A DNA stretch of 63,999 nt, counting the filler, from Sphacelaria rigidula (taxonomy: Eukaryota), in the NCBI GenBank assembly GCA_964200075.2. It is 5 parts of 5 records of this genome, joined end to end, with 100 filler letters (N's around TTAATTAATTAA, not from the genome) between each part and the next. Parts side by side here need not be neighbours in the genome. Positions count along the whole stretch, not along the records: positions 38,517 to 51,252 come from CAXNAA020003459.1; 4 more parts are not named here. One strand, 5' to 3'. Below, piece by piece: positions 38,417-51,352 of this stretch. Both the position numbers and the translations under genes were made by a program. The notes beneath the pieces are model-generated. The model ran no database searches. It was not told the DNA's origin and worked only from the letters and a program-made list of their open reading frames with translations. How positions within the stretch are numbered: the first letter of the stretch is position 1; every line of letters starts with the position of its first letter.

Positions 38417-38516
38417 NNNNNNNNNNNNNNNNNNNNNNNNNNNNNNNNNNNNNNNNNNNNTTAATTAATTAANNNNNNNNNNNNNNNNNNNNNNNNNNNN
38501 NNNNNNNNNNNNNNNN
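38417..38516. other. Artificial spacer
   Basis: N44-TTAATTAATTAA-N44. Confidence 0.97.
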
Positions 38517-39499
38517 CGTTTTTCTGGGGTCCCAGAATGGAGACTACTTCGAAAAACGACTTCGATCCCGTCGGACCCCCCCAAAACGGTGAAAAACTCA
38601 ACAAGTACAAAAAACATCGTCCGTAGGAAGTTGCGTAATGATTCATAGCATATTTTTGCAAAGTTTCAGGATCTAACTCTCGATGGCAGCGTGAACGTTT
38701 GCGCGTTTGTGGAGGACGTGGGCATCAAACGTGCAACTCCTAACTACTTGGTTTTAGTATGGAAACGTCTTTTGGGGTGAATTTGAAGTCAAGGCAAGAA
38801 AAACTGTATGAGGGTTTCGAGTTTCTCTACCAACTTTGTACATGTGTTCCTTGGACTCTCCCGGGACGCATCATTTCATTATTTTTCTTACAGGGCATTC
38901 TTTATCGGCTTCCGGGGGTCTTCATGCTGGGACCCCCGGAAGCCGGTAGAGAACGGAGAAATCAAGAACACAATTTTTTCATTTTGAGCATCAATACCTA
39001 CGGAACTGCTGAGTTTGAGGTCGATCTGAGCTTTTCTACAACAGATATAGGGTACATCGTCACGAAGCTCCCTGCGTCTTTCGTGCGTATCATTTGTGGA
39101 AATTAGACGACGCCAACACCCGACATCACCGAAACATCACGTTTGCTTCGGCTCAAGAATTCTTGTATTATGTGTTGTCCCGTTTCTACGTACGGCAGTG
39201 TCCCACTAGAATTACTGCAACTTGAAATACCTGCAACCAAAATAAATCGAACTCAATGCGGTATGCACCCGGTGCATTTTTTGTCCCCATCGACTCATCA
39301 ACCACTACATTCTAATAATCAGGCTAACCCGAAAATCGACGCTGACGATTATTTTATTACTATCCCCTGCGGAGCTATCCACCTCTCCCCCATTAGGCGA
39401 GCCTGATTGACAGTCGAGTATATTGTTGAGCCCTAACTTTGAACATCGGGCTACCCTACTCGCTGTTCCCCTAGCGCGACGGAGACGCTCTTTGCGCCC

Positions 39500-40480
39500 T
39501 CCCCCGCCTCCCTGATGTAAACCATAAACGCCCTCGACTTTCACCGTCCTGCTCGTTGAATCTGTAGTCCGGAGATTCCTCGAGCCACCGGTTGCGTGGC
39601 CCCACCGATCCTGCCTGAGTGTAAGGCGTATTCGGACGGGTCTCTACCCGCACGGCTGACCATGGTTCTCAACGCTGTTACTGCTTCAATCCGAGTAAAA
39701 GCCTTCCATCCCGTCGGCGTGGCTCTCGTGGTCAGGGGTGCGTGGCCTGGCAGTGGTGGGTGCACGTCCAACAAGTCCAAAAACGCCTCGAACGCGCCCG
39801 CCGATACTCCGCCCGGTCGCACCGAATCAACGATCCTTGTTCTCGTAATGATGCAACCTGTCCTTCTTCAATCGGATTTGGGGGCAACGAGTTGAATCTT
39901 TACTTGGTTCGCAAACGCGCCGTTTGCAAAATCTAACTGTACGTCTTGCCGGAAAAAACCGATGCAATTGCGGGTTAAGCAGAATTCTGGCTGGGCGGTA
40001 CCGTCGGGGTACGCCCACAACTCGGATGCCCTGCACAGCAAAAAAAACGAGAGCGCGAGACCAAGCCACATGACATGACCCCCATCCTGATCCTCGGTTA
40101 TTGTCTGTCGCCCTTGTTTTAACAAAATGCGCGGTTTTCCTTGAGTCGATGCGTGAGCTCTATCGATCCCTTTTCCTACAGCCCTAATCCTGCCGTGCGT
40201 TGTAGGTAAGTCCCATCCGACATACATACACTTTATGAAAATACTTGATAGCGGCGAGGTAACCTCTTATGGTGGAGTGTTGGTTGTTGTGCAAGAAACA
40301 TCGCATAGCCATGAACTCGGTCAGTGCATTGATCACGTCGTCCGGTGCATCGTTTTCAGTCAACCAGGGTAATTTTCCCTGTGCATTGCGCATTTTTTCC
40401 CACACTTCAAAACGCGCTTTTTACGTCCTGTGGGTGCTACCCCCAACGCCCCCCGGCACCAGCGCTTGAACTATACGCGC
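39500..40480 (-). pseudogene. Tyrosine recombinase (phage-integrase family) of the DIRS-type element, frameshifted
   Basis: Three consecutive frames: 40405-40184 (STIRGYLAAIKYFH, integrase N-terminal domain), 40227-39868 (WLGLALSFFLLCRASE) and 39822-39541 (YALHSGRIGGAT...IQRAGR). Confidence 0.85.
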
Positions 40481-40749
40481 TGCTTCCCCCCTGCTGTGCC
40501 CCCCGGTTTCTCCTGTTCCTGCGTTCAGGGGGGGGGATGAGGAGGGGTGGGGGGTGAAGTTGGAGGGTGGCTTGATGTCTTATCCAGTGACTCCATGACC
40601 GTCTCTGTCGTATGCAGGGTGATGGTCATTTTAATATGTACTGTACGTGACTGAGTACCCTATATATATGTATACATATTTATATATTCATGCCTGGGTT
40701 GTGGTTGTTTTCGATGATGGTACTTTTGTCTCGTTGTTCGAGTATTACA

Positions 40750-42838
40750 TCGTCAACTCGGTTCCATCATGCGCGTCCACAGCATTTTGTCGTATCGGAC
40801 GGTGATATTCTTGGTTTTTAGGATGGCGTGGAAGATGATCTCCCCCCGTGTACCGATGGCTTGTTCTGACCAGTTACTGTCGTTGGTGTGCTCCCTTACT
40901 CGTCTGGCTAGCTCCGCCCGTGGCCAGCGTGAAATTCCATCCGCTTGTACGTTTTGGATCCCTTGAATGTGTTTTGCCTCGTGGCTCCACCCCCCGTGAT
41001 TTCCAGCCTCCCGAGGGTTCTCATGAGTAACCCTGCGCGTTTATCTTTTGCACCCCCGCACCGGTTGACTCACGTAACTGCCGCTACGTTGTCCCCGCGC
41101 ATTAAGATTGGGTCGCCCTGATGTTTGGGTTTGTCGTTTACCGATTCGAGGGTGACCCAAGCGGTGACTACCATCCCCAGGAGTTCCAAGAGGTTAATGG
41201 TGATCGTGTATGTTTCGCGAAGTTGAGCTTTTCTTTTGAGTTCTGCGGTAAGTTCCGGTGGTAAGTCGTGTCTCCAGTATGTTTTTTTTTCCGGGCAGTA
41301 GCCGCCCACGGCTTCGAAGCATCGCGTCCGAGAGGTAGTGTCGGTGGGCAGGTCGCTTTACTATGGAGTGGCAGGGTGTACTCAGGGACTCACCATGCTG
41401 CAGGAGTTTTTCCTCGATCGCCCGCTTCCAAAGGTTCAGGTCGGCGCGAAATTATTTTCCTACCTCTACTATGCGGCTCTGGTTGTCTCGCTCTAGAACC
41501 GTGGAGCCCCGCAAGTCGCAGAGTCCTCCATACGAAATATTTACCTGGTCGCATTGCGTATGTGAGGTTCCACAGCTTTCCTACCAGGCTCAATATTTCT
41601 CTAGCAGTCGCTGAACGTCGAGTGGGGGGCCACTCGGTTAGCAACGTCTGTCGGAGCGCCTCGACCTTCTCGCGGGATACGACAGCCCGCATAGTGTGCG
41701 AGTTAGTGGTCAGGCCCAACGCCTCTATCTCGGTATCCCAATCTGTACTCTTTTGGGGGGCTAGAATAGGTATCTCGCCTTCTTCTCCGTTGCCGAAGAG
41801 TCTGACGTGGTCGGATGCGAGGGACGCGGACGCGATCAATGCGCTCGTGTCGCCATCGGAGTGCTGTACGCGAATCTGCAGGTAGTCGTCCACGTAAACT
41901 TCCGTGAAGAAATTGTCATGTAAGCCTCCTGCTGGGTGTGGGGTGGTCGTAGAATCTTTTGGAATTGGTGTGGGGTCCCCCGTTTCCCACCTGTCGACTA
42001 TCTTCACGTAATTTGTCATCTCCTTGCCTTCTGGCAGTAAAGCCGCGTTGTCAATGTTCGTGTTGCAGTGGGGGTGTTCTGCCGCCGATGCCAATACTCC
42101 CCAGAAACTTGGCGAGCCTGACCAACCGAACGTGAGCCGGAAGGCACACACGACCAGGTTGTCCACAACGTAGCCGAATTGATGGGCGTGATCTGAATCT
42201 ATCCTCACATTACGGCACGCATCCGATACATCGGCCTTTGCCATTAGTATGCGTTTTCTGGGGTATTTTTTTCGCAACGAAATGAGCTCTTTGAGGAACT
42301 TCTGCAGCGCTTCTCCGCATAAACAGGCTGGCACGTCTTCAGGGTTTGTGTCACCGTTCAGCCCTCCTTTTCTTTTCCGAGTGCGTTGCGCATCGAAGGA
42401 CAAATCGTTGATTATGCGGACTTTGTGTGTGGTTACTGCTCCCAGGGGGGACAACCGCAGGTTCGGCATTTTTCGGGCGGCCGACTTTTCGACTATCAGA
42501 CACTTTCCCCTTCGTATATTATCGCCCAGTTTTCCCCAATTTTTAGGTAGTTGATCGTGGGCGCTACTGTGGTTACCGTACTGTAGTGCGCAGTCGAGGT
42601 TCTCTTGTGTGGGGGATGCAGTGACTGTCGCGCCGACGGGGACACCTGTGGCTACGATAGTAACGAGTTCGTCTGTCTGCGGGAAACCCTTGTTCTCCCC
42701 GAAATACGTCCTGATCTCGTGCGGGTCTACCGGCGGCGTGACTAGCGGTCCCCCGATAGACCTCGCGACATCCCCAATGCGTCCACCGTGTTTTTCTGTG
42801 ATGCGCGTGCAGATATTCGCGAGTCTGTACAGAATGTC
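40750..42838 (-). pseudogene. Reverse transcriptase / RNase H of the DIRS-type element
   Basis: The RT frame is open from about 42838 to 41390. RNase H follows after a frameshift (41309-41070), with an in-frame TGA at 41072-41070 where a Trp is expected, and continues VNRCGGAKDKRAG...HIQGIQNVQADGISRW. Confidence 0.85.
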
Positions 42839-43059
42839 TTATCTTTTCTTGGCTGCGATACCTGACTTTTTCCAGCTCTCCTTTTTCTGAGTAGCACAGT
42901 GCTACTAGTTCAGCGTTAGACTGTCCCGACTCATCTCCCCCGTTAGGAGGAGGCGCCGCCGCCGACCCGCTAGACTGAAAACTAACCCATGTTATACCTG
43001 TTTTCTGTCTGACACCGGACGCGGAACTACTGGCTCCTTGATCCGTTGAGGGATTAGTA

Positions 43060-43550
43060 GCGGGGTAACTCGCCCCTGGTTCGCGGGAAGGGTAACTGGC
43101 CGTGTGTTCACTGAAGTGGCAACGGATCCTACGATCACCAGTGGAATGCTTGTCGTGTTCACTAGAGGGGTGACTGGCCCCGTGTTCAGTGAAGGCCCCA
43201 TAGTCGAAAATGGGGTAACTGGCCCCATATTCACTACTGGGGTAACTGGCTCCACGGTCAGTGAAGGGGTAACTGGCCCCATGATCACTCAAGGGGTAAC
43301 TGGCCCCACGGTCGCTGCTGGGGTAACTGGCCCCATGATCACTTAAGGGGTAACTGGCCCCATGATCGCTCGAGGGGTAACTGGCCCCACGGTCACTGCT
43401 GGGGTAACTGGCCCCATGATTACTTGAGGGGTAACTGGCCCCATGATCGCTCAACAGGTAACTGGCCCCACGGTCACTGAAGGGGTAACTGGCCCCATGG
43501 TCACAGAAGGGGTATCTGGCCCCACGTCCATGAATGGCGTAACTGGTCCC
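43060..43550. repeat. 27-bp tandem array with invariant core GGGGTAACTGGCCCC in the 5' region of the DIRS element
   Basis: About 15 units such as GGGGTAACTGGCCCC-ATGATCACTTAA. On the element strand they encode the 9-aa repeat (D/E)(H/R)GASYP(S/F/L)S. Confidence 0.9.
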
Positions 43551-46500
43551 TGCTGCATGCAAAATTGGCGTGGGCACGCTAGAATCAAGTCGAACTATCT
43601 GAGAAATTTCCCGCCCTCCCAAGTGGCAAATTATACTGATCGGCGCAACCCAAGTTGTGTAAATTCCTCCGCCGATTCAAAGAGCCGATTCTTGTGGAAT
43701 TATGCCCGCGATCAAAAGCGCAAAAAAAAAAATGGTGAGCGCATGCCGCTATGGTGGAAGCGTAGATCTATGGTTGATTTTTATCGAACGAACTAACTAT
43801 AACGCAAATCCTAACCCCGACTCAAGGCGTACGAGGCCCTCGGGCAAGGGGGTGCATACGCCTGAGGCAAAGTATGCGTTGGTAGACGTCAAATCGACGC
43901 CGCAGGCGCCGATTTCGACGAAAACACGTTCTGGACGAGCTGGGTCCACCTGCTCCAAACCATATTGTTTTCCCTCAGAACCTTCTCAAGTCGACAATCA
44001 AGTACTCGTACTGTAGTTATGCTGTCAACCATAGATATACGCCCAAAGCTTCACGTCTACTGCTATGGTGATGTCACCACTTCAGCGGTCGATTTCCATA
44101 AAGTTGCGCCATAAAACTCCCCCTCAGCTGAGTCTCATCATCGACGCCCAGGAGGGCCTCAAGGACGCTATTGGTAACTACACTACTCGTGAACTGAACA
44201 CCAGGTCCTCGTTGCTGACAACTGTTGCTTGGAGATCCAGTTCGCGCGAGAAATAGGAGTACCAGATCCGAGCCACTTTGAGCAATACGGAGAACTCTCA
44301 CCACTTGAGTTATACAACCGTGCCTAAGAAATAAAACTCTGTACAAAGCGCTGGCAATCAAATTGCGCGCTAGAGACTGCACTGCTGTCACAGGCACCGA
44401 GCGTAGTGCACCCTATCGCTGCACTGTGTAGGACCGTAATGTATCGTTGTATCATCAGTCGGTGGAGTGCAACATCCGCCATAGCGGCAATTCTCAAACA
44501 CATATTTTTCGGAACTTCGGCGACCACTATATCCAGAACGGTGCAGCCCAAATCTCTAAGATATTCCCAACAATGAACAAAACATCTAGGGTATTGTACA
44601 GTGAGACATATTTTTTTCTCACTCAGCGCTAGACAGGTACAGATTCAAGACTGTTCACTTCAGGGGTGTTATACACCGTACAGTCTCTTTCCCTCTTGGC
44701 GCAACCGGAGCTGTGGGCCTGTGATGTGACATTCGACCTACCGTGAGGGAGTCATCCAGCAGTCTCCGATTCCGTTGCGCAGATGCTCGGTTTGTCGATC
44801 CCGTAGAACCGTACATGGTACCCAGGACAATCACCTCTCACACAGCTACAGACAGTGTGCCAGTCCCGCACGATCGATCCTCTGCGAAACGCGCTAGTTC
44901 TTGCCTACTTCTCCCTACTTGTGCTGCTTATACCAGTCGACCGCTGCTAGATGAATGCTACTTGTTGCTGGTGATAGTATCTGTACTCGTGTGTGCGGCA
45001 ACCTAGCTGCGATGGCCAACTTTTCTACTGGTAGCGGCACTGCAGCTGGGAACAGGGACAGACAACGTACCGCTTTTCTGTACGTACGCCCCGCATTGTC
45101 AGAATCCGTAAACGCCCCCGCAAACACCGCTTTCATACTGAACGCTACATGTTTCGGGTATAATTCGACCCCCGTAGTAACCGTTTAAAAATAAGATTTT
45201 CTCGTTAGATTCACGTGTCGATGACGGTTACTACGATTTGGAGCATGTAGAGATAGGGTGAAAATTGGGCTTGGTATTCGTAATTTAGATTTCGGAACAG
45301 TTTGACGGGCGCTGATTGGCTTAGACACATTTTTGTCCATAGCGCCACCGCTACGGCCTCGAACAAAAATACGGCTATGCCACCGTCTTCGTCTCTTCAT
45401 TACGGTCAGTATGATACCACGTATGCGACTATTGAGTGCGTATTGCGGAAGGCCTTTGCTGATGACACAATTTTGGGTGATCACCGTGAACCAGCCTGTA
45501 GCTCTTTGCTCATTTGACACATTATGACGCTGTTCGGCCAGCGTCTGATGAACATTTCAGGGGAAAAATCGTCGACGTGCACATTGCCCGCGTCGATGAA
45601 GCACGGGTGGCTCCCGCAAGCCCGTCCGACGATCACCTGTATGACCTTTGCGATCTGCGAGTGATCAGATATCCGCATGACCCGTTTGAACCTTTCACAT
45701 TTCTCGGGTGGTGACCTGAAGAATCCGATTGCTCTGTACACATGGCTTGTACACGTGGCTTGACCTGGATGGTGCGTTTGATTCGTATGAGTCCCCTTGA
45801 TTGAGATCTGTATATTCTGTTTTATCCGTACATCGCCTGCATAGACACCTGTGTAATCCGAATCAGGTGTACTCGAAACGCCGAAAACAGCTTGTGATAC
45901 CCACGACTCGTACGAGATACCTTCCTCGTGATCGATGATACCCGGAAGACGGAAACCGTTTCGCAAGTAGTTGCACTGTGTCATCCGAATCGTGTACTGT
46001 ATACAGACGTGTTCACTCCCTTCCTGTATTACCCGGGTGACACAGATGATGATCTGTCCGATGTGTGATTGCTTTGCCACAGGGCCAATTCTGTGCATGT
46101 AGTTACTCGTCCACCCGACTACTGGTGTACCTCTTTCTTGTTTCTGACAGGTCCAGGTCCCCCACCCAAAATCGCAGCTTCAACTTTTTCGCGTAGTCTG
46201 TTGGGTCGGGCAGATATATTTTCATCTCTACCCCTTCTCTCAGCCCCCGTATATCTTCAGGTGCTCTTCCTCGTCCACGTTCTTTATTGACGCTAGTTTC
46301 CCCTTTCTACGCATCTCATCCTTGTCTTGTACCCCCCGCATTCTCCAAGGGAGATCATCTCTTCTTGATTTACTCCTACATCCTTCCATGCTGTCTCGAC
46401 TACGCGATCCCACCTTATTCTAGCTTCGTGAGGTAGGGAGGTAAAGAGGTAGGGAGGTAGGGGTGAAGTCACGATAGAGATTGTGCTACAAAATAACGTT

Positions 46501-47162
46501 CGTGTCTAGTAACTTCAATGCGTCGTGCACTGACCTATTGGAGTATGATTTTGTGTTGTGAGAAACACGGGTGGTAGCTTCTATCTCGGCATTTACAATC
46601 AATTCTGCAACATTCAAATGGCAGACAGTGTCGCAGAGGGATGATAATGAGGCCACTGATCAACATGACAAATGGTGACAGGTAAAAACAGGTTTTTCTG
46701 TCGAAGTGTATAAACACTGTAGCCTCAGCGTCCATTTCCTTCTCCCCTGAAAAGCACAGGTCCAGCAGATGATACCGTCTGCAGCAGCTCTGTAGCTGGC
46801 ACAAAATAGTACTCTGTAAACTTTTACCAAAGGACAGCAACAGTCCTCTCAAGCATGCCCAAACGTCACCAGCTTCACTTGCGAATCAGCGGGGAAGCAA
46901 CAGGGAGTTGCGCACGTAATGTACAAGCACATTCAATGCTTCTCTCTTGTATTCTTTGAATCAAAAGGCTGATTATTGAGAGGGAGAGGGGGCTATTCAT
47001 GGAGAAGGCGGTGGCAGGGGGGAGGACAACGAGGAAAAAAAACGCACAGCTAGTGGAAGAGAACTTCACTTTAAATGTTTTGTACTTAGAATGTTTTTAC
47101 CCCCCCCCTCAACACACATAGCTTACCTTGTATAATCTGCTCCTTTGCTCGTATGCCCACAG

Positions 47163-48847
47163 TTACAATACCTGAGCCCAAAAAGCCAAAAGCAAAGGCG
47201 CCATCGGAGGGCGCCGGATCGAACAGCGACCTTGCGGCGGCGGCGCCTCCCCCCCCTCCGCCTGTGGCAATTAAAGTCAAGGGAAAGCGAAAACACAAGT
47301 GAGTGTTCATGTGGGGCCGGGAGCTTGTTGTTTTTGCGCTGCTGCTGCTATTGCTGTTGCCGTTGCTGTTGCTGCTGCTATTGCTGCGGGGAGCGGCGCG
47401 TCTGTGGGCTGTTGAACTTTGCGGAGTATGTTTCTGGACGTCGGCCGATGAGTGAAGCCTGATAGAATTTGGAGACGGCGTGTCGGGGGCTTTCTGTTTC
47501 TTGACCCCGCCGAACCAGTGGAAAGCAGGTCATGGCAGGGTAAGTGGATCAAGCCTCACGGGATTTTGGGATGTTTGGGGGCGTAGTCTACTTGGACGCG
47601 GCGAGGTAAGTACAATGCAGTGGATTCGCAGTGGATTCGCGATTGAGCACAGAAGGCAATAACTTCCGTGCAGGTTGAGCGTAAAAACATTTTGGCAGAT
47701 GTGGATAATACACTTGTGCAATTAGATGATGAAATATGGCATTTCACGATGGTGTTACATGGCAATGCTGGCACGTGTAACTCTTAGACGATGACCGAAT
47801 TGTGGCGATATTTTTATCTGCTTGGAGTTGAGTGATGCGTTTTTTTCCGCGCTCCCCCCCGCGCCTCCCCCATTTTCCGTGTCTCGTAGTAATTGTTTGA
47901 CTGCGGACTAATGGGGACATTCTTGTACTAGAGAGCATAGTCACGACGGCTGGACTTTGGTGCGTGCGCTTGGCATTAATATCCGTGTGTATAGCCATCC
48001 GCTTCCATGTCCTCAAGTGGAACACTCCCTCCTTCATACAGACATACTTTCTTCGAAGAAGCCACGTTTACCTTGATATATTTCGCGGCACCCAGGTATG
48101 CTACTTCCGGAATAAGAAGACGGCTTCGATCATGTTATACGCACGTGCCTAGTAGCCCCCTCGTCTGCAATGAAGAGGAAAATCACGTGAAAAAACGAGA
48201 GGTACACAATTTCCACCCCCCTGCCCCTTCTCCTCAGAAATTAGATTAATTGAAACATGTACGGTAAATACCCCAATAGGGCAGTAGAGGTATCCGTGAG
48301 CGCGGGACCGAGCGACTACACTGAGGGTATACTCAGTAACCGCCCTCCACCTTCACCCCTACCCCTTCTCCGATCTCGGTCGGCCTCTCTTGTTTTCCCC
48401 TTATACCGGACACACAAATGGTTGCCAAAACCATATCAATCATCTACCGTCCATGAACGACCATCCAGGGACAAGCACAAGGACAAGCACAAGGACGAGA
48501 AGCGATCGAAAAAAAGCGACAAAGGCGACGACGGCCCCGGCAGCAGCAGCAAGGATCGTAGTAAGAGCAGCATGTCATCATCGTCATCATCACCGGCCGC
48601 CGCCAACAGCGCACACGACCGAGGTGGTGCTTCATTCGCTGCGAAAACGTCGGGAAAGGTGATAACGTCAACAACATCAACGCCAGCAACCACCACCCCC
48701 CGCGATAGTGAAGATCGCCCTGAACAAGGAGGGAGGGGTGGCAACGGCGGAGGCGACAGCGGGGATAGCGCGGCCGGTGAGGCTAAAGGGCTGTCTTCGT
48801 TGCTCGGGGCCTACGGTAGTGACAGCGAAAGCGATGGTAGTACATGA
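47163..48847 (+). CDS. Last two exons of a Lys/Ser-rich low-complexity nuclear-type protein ending GLSSLLGAYGSDSESD (FAM192A/Fyv6-like tail, tentative)
   Basis: Exons 47163-47298 (TIPEPKKPKAK...VAIKVKGKRKH, donor GTGAGT) and 48469-48847 (KDKHKDKHKDEKRSKK...) are phase-compatible. Upstream exons were not identified. Confidence 0.65.
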
Positions 48848-51252
48848 TACATGTTTTGGTGTTTGGGTGCCCTAGTGGCTTGTGTTTTGTGCTCGTTTTG
48901 TGTTTTGCGGGGAAGGGGGGCCCTGGCGGAGGATGACTGGATTGCGTTGGCGATTCTGTCCCTTTGTTCTACTTTCGCGTGTCCGGCCTACAGTGCTTGT
49001 TCCCAGACGAACACTTGTGCGTGTTATAGTGCTCAGTTTGTTTTTTAAAACCTGTTTGTTGCACTATGGTAGATAAGACCCAGGAGCAAGACGGCCGACG
49101 TAGGGATAACAGTAGTCGCGGTGGTGACGGAAAATATGCTTACGGAGGGCTGCGGGACCTCATTTTGTTCGTCGGCCATGACGGCACGATGACTACCTCC
49201 TTGCCAGGCAGGCACTATGCTGTTCTCGGAAGTTTGAGGTTTTTTGTCCTTGTTGTCCCATCAACACACACACACACCCGCACCGTGTCCGCCTGGGTGA
49301 AAAAGAACGATTGCGCGGTAGATATATTCGTCTCCTGTGATGGTGGCCGTAGTGCATGAGGCGTGTGATGGAGGGTTTGCTGACTCTGAAGCTTTTAAAA
49401 ACCACCAATAGATGAATGCGACAGACGTCAAGAAGTCAGAAACGGTCAGCGTTTATGCAGCTTTTGTGTGTCATTCTGTCTATCGCTGTTTTTGTGTTTG
49501 TATACAGCAGTATGCGTATAAGATAGCTTGCAGTATTGCACGCGGTGGGCGTCACCTTCTTGTGGTGTGATTTTGATTTTTAATCATGTATACAGTGAAC
49601 GTACACCTTCGTGCTCGATCGAAAAACTGCGTTGTGTTTTGTTGCCAGCCTTTCGAAAATCATGAGTAACGAGAGGTACGTCATACCACAAAATGCGCAC
49701 TCTTCTCCACCTGTAGGGTGTGTGCTCAAAAAGCCCGGTGACGAATTGCGTGATTCCCAAACTGGATCTTCCGAACGTCGACGCGTGCTTCACGCGTCGG
49801 AAACAGGACGAAAAATGCGCGATTTTGTTTTTTGAGGAAGCGTGTACATGGAGAGCACCGGACTTCGCGCCACCCCCTCGCTTTTGAGCATCATGTGGTT
49901 TTTATGCACCCGACAGAGAAGCGGAGATGGGACTCTTTCCACGTCCCCACAAGACTATTCTCGTTCACTACTGAGACCACCCGTGTCAAATGCCGAAAAA
50001 TCGCGAATGCTGTTTTTTTTCTTGTACTTTTTGCACCGGTATAAAATATGTAGTTACACAAGGGACCTCCCCGGCCTAGCGGCAGGCTTCGGCTCCTTCT
50101 TCGGCGCTTGTGGCAAGTGCGTTGTAGGTTGCCAAGTATTTTGTTTCTGACGTTGAGGTCATCTGTTGACCTGTGAGAGGTGTTTCTCATCGACGCCCAC
50201 GGATTGAAACTGCTAGCTCGTCTCATTCTCACAATCTCATCTCAATAAGACGCACCCCAACACGAAGAAGAACCAGAAAGCCACGACAACGAACACCAAT
50301 TTGTGGACGAGAAAATAAAAACTCGGCACGGATGCATGAAACTCCCAAAAATCAGCCCATTTGGTGAGGAGTGAACGGGGTTGCCGGAACGTCATCTATT
50401 GCCAGTATTATCCATGCCAACGAAAATAATTTCCCTGTCACCGCAATTGTGTACCGTAAGGACAACTGATACGGGATCGACATTATTCTAGATCGAAATT
50501 GTAGTTTTCGGCCCTGTGGCGTCATTTTCCGGTCCCGTGTTGACGTTTCTGTGCTTGATGAGAGGAACCCGGAGCGAAATGTACTTCAAATTCAAATGAA
50601 TATCGTATTTTGGTATTCGGGACTTTGGCCGCAAAGATAGGTCATCTGTTTAGTCGGCATCAGGTAAGGGTGCACGGAAACTTTCTCAGCTCTGTATTGG
50701 TATGGGACTACATCGTAATGGTGAAAAAAACATCGGATCCCCTACCATTTCTGCAGCTCGCTTGACTCTCGGCCCTTTTTCGCCCCTCCCTGCACACACC
50801 TATCCTCGCGTGAACTGAGCTACCGTGTCCGCGTCTTGGTGTTACACTGTAGGGCATGCACAGGTCTGTGATGTGTTGTGTGGCCGTTACAAAAAGTTCA
50901 CTCACGTGAACTTTGGGAACTAAACTGAGTTGAAACTCGTTACTGAAGTGTTGAGCTACTGTGCAGTACTGTACATCTACAAACAGCGGATCCTAGAAAA
51001 TGGGGTCCATCTCAAAAATGAGGTTGACGTGGCATTTCTTTTTTGCAGGGATGACGCGAAAGACTCACGACCGAGCAAAGCCCTCTTCCCCCCCAAATGT
51101 CCGCAGCACTTGAGTAGCTGTTGCTAGATGCACCTAGCGAATGCGGTGTACACGCGTGTCGATGGCGATTTCACCAGAGAACAGGGTTGCCAGAAAAATG
51201 AGAAGGTATTTTGAAATGAGAATCAACCGCTCCCCGGGATTGTGTCCATTTT

Positions 51253-51352
51253 NNNNNNNNNNNNNNNNNNNNNNNNNNNNNNNNNNNNNNNNNNNNTTAA
51301 TTAATTAANNNNNNNNNNNNNNNNNNNNNNNNNNNNNNNNNNNNNNNNNNNN
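51253..51352. other. Artificial spacer
   Basis: N44-TTAATTAATTAA-N44. Confidence 0.97.

Larger units (their letters stand above)
39400..43650 (-). mobile_element. Decayed tyrosine-recombinase retrotransposon (DIRS order, Ngaro/PAT-like)
   Basis: Domain order is repeat-rich 5' region, RT, RNase H, YR. RT motifs LSPLGAV, RIINDLSF, KADVSDA, RLTFGWSGSP and YVDDY; RNase H motifs INLLELLG and GDNVAAV; YR motifs FFLLCRASE and HSGRIGGAT. Stops and frameshifts are present. Termini were not identified. Confidence 0.9.

Noticed and set aside
41268..41885. 205-aa plus-strand ORF
   Set aside because: It is the antisense shadow of the RT/RNase H frame.
43060..43550. CRISPR-like repeat-spacer array
   Set aside because: The core is only 15 nt, the linkers are 12 nt and related to each other, there are no cas genes, and the context is a eukaryotic retroelement.
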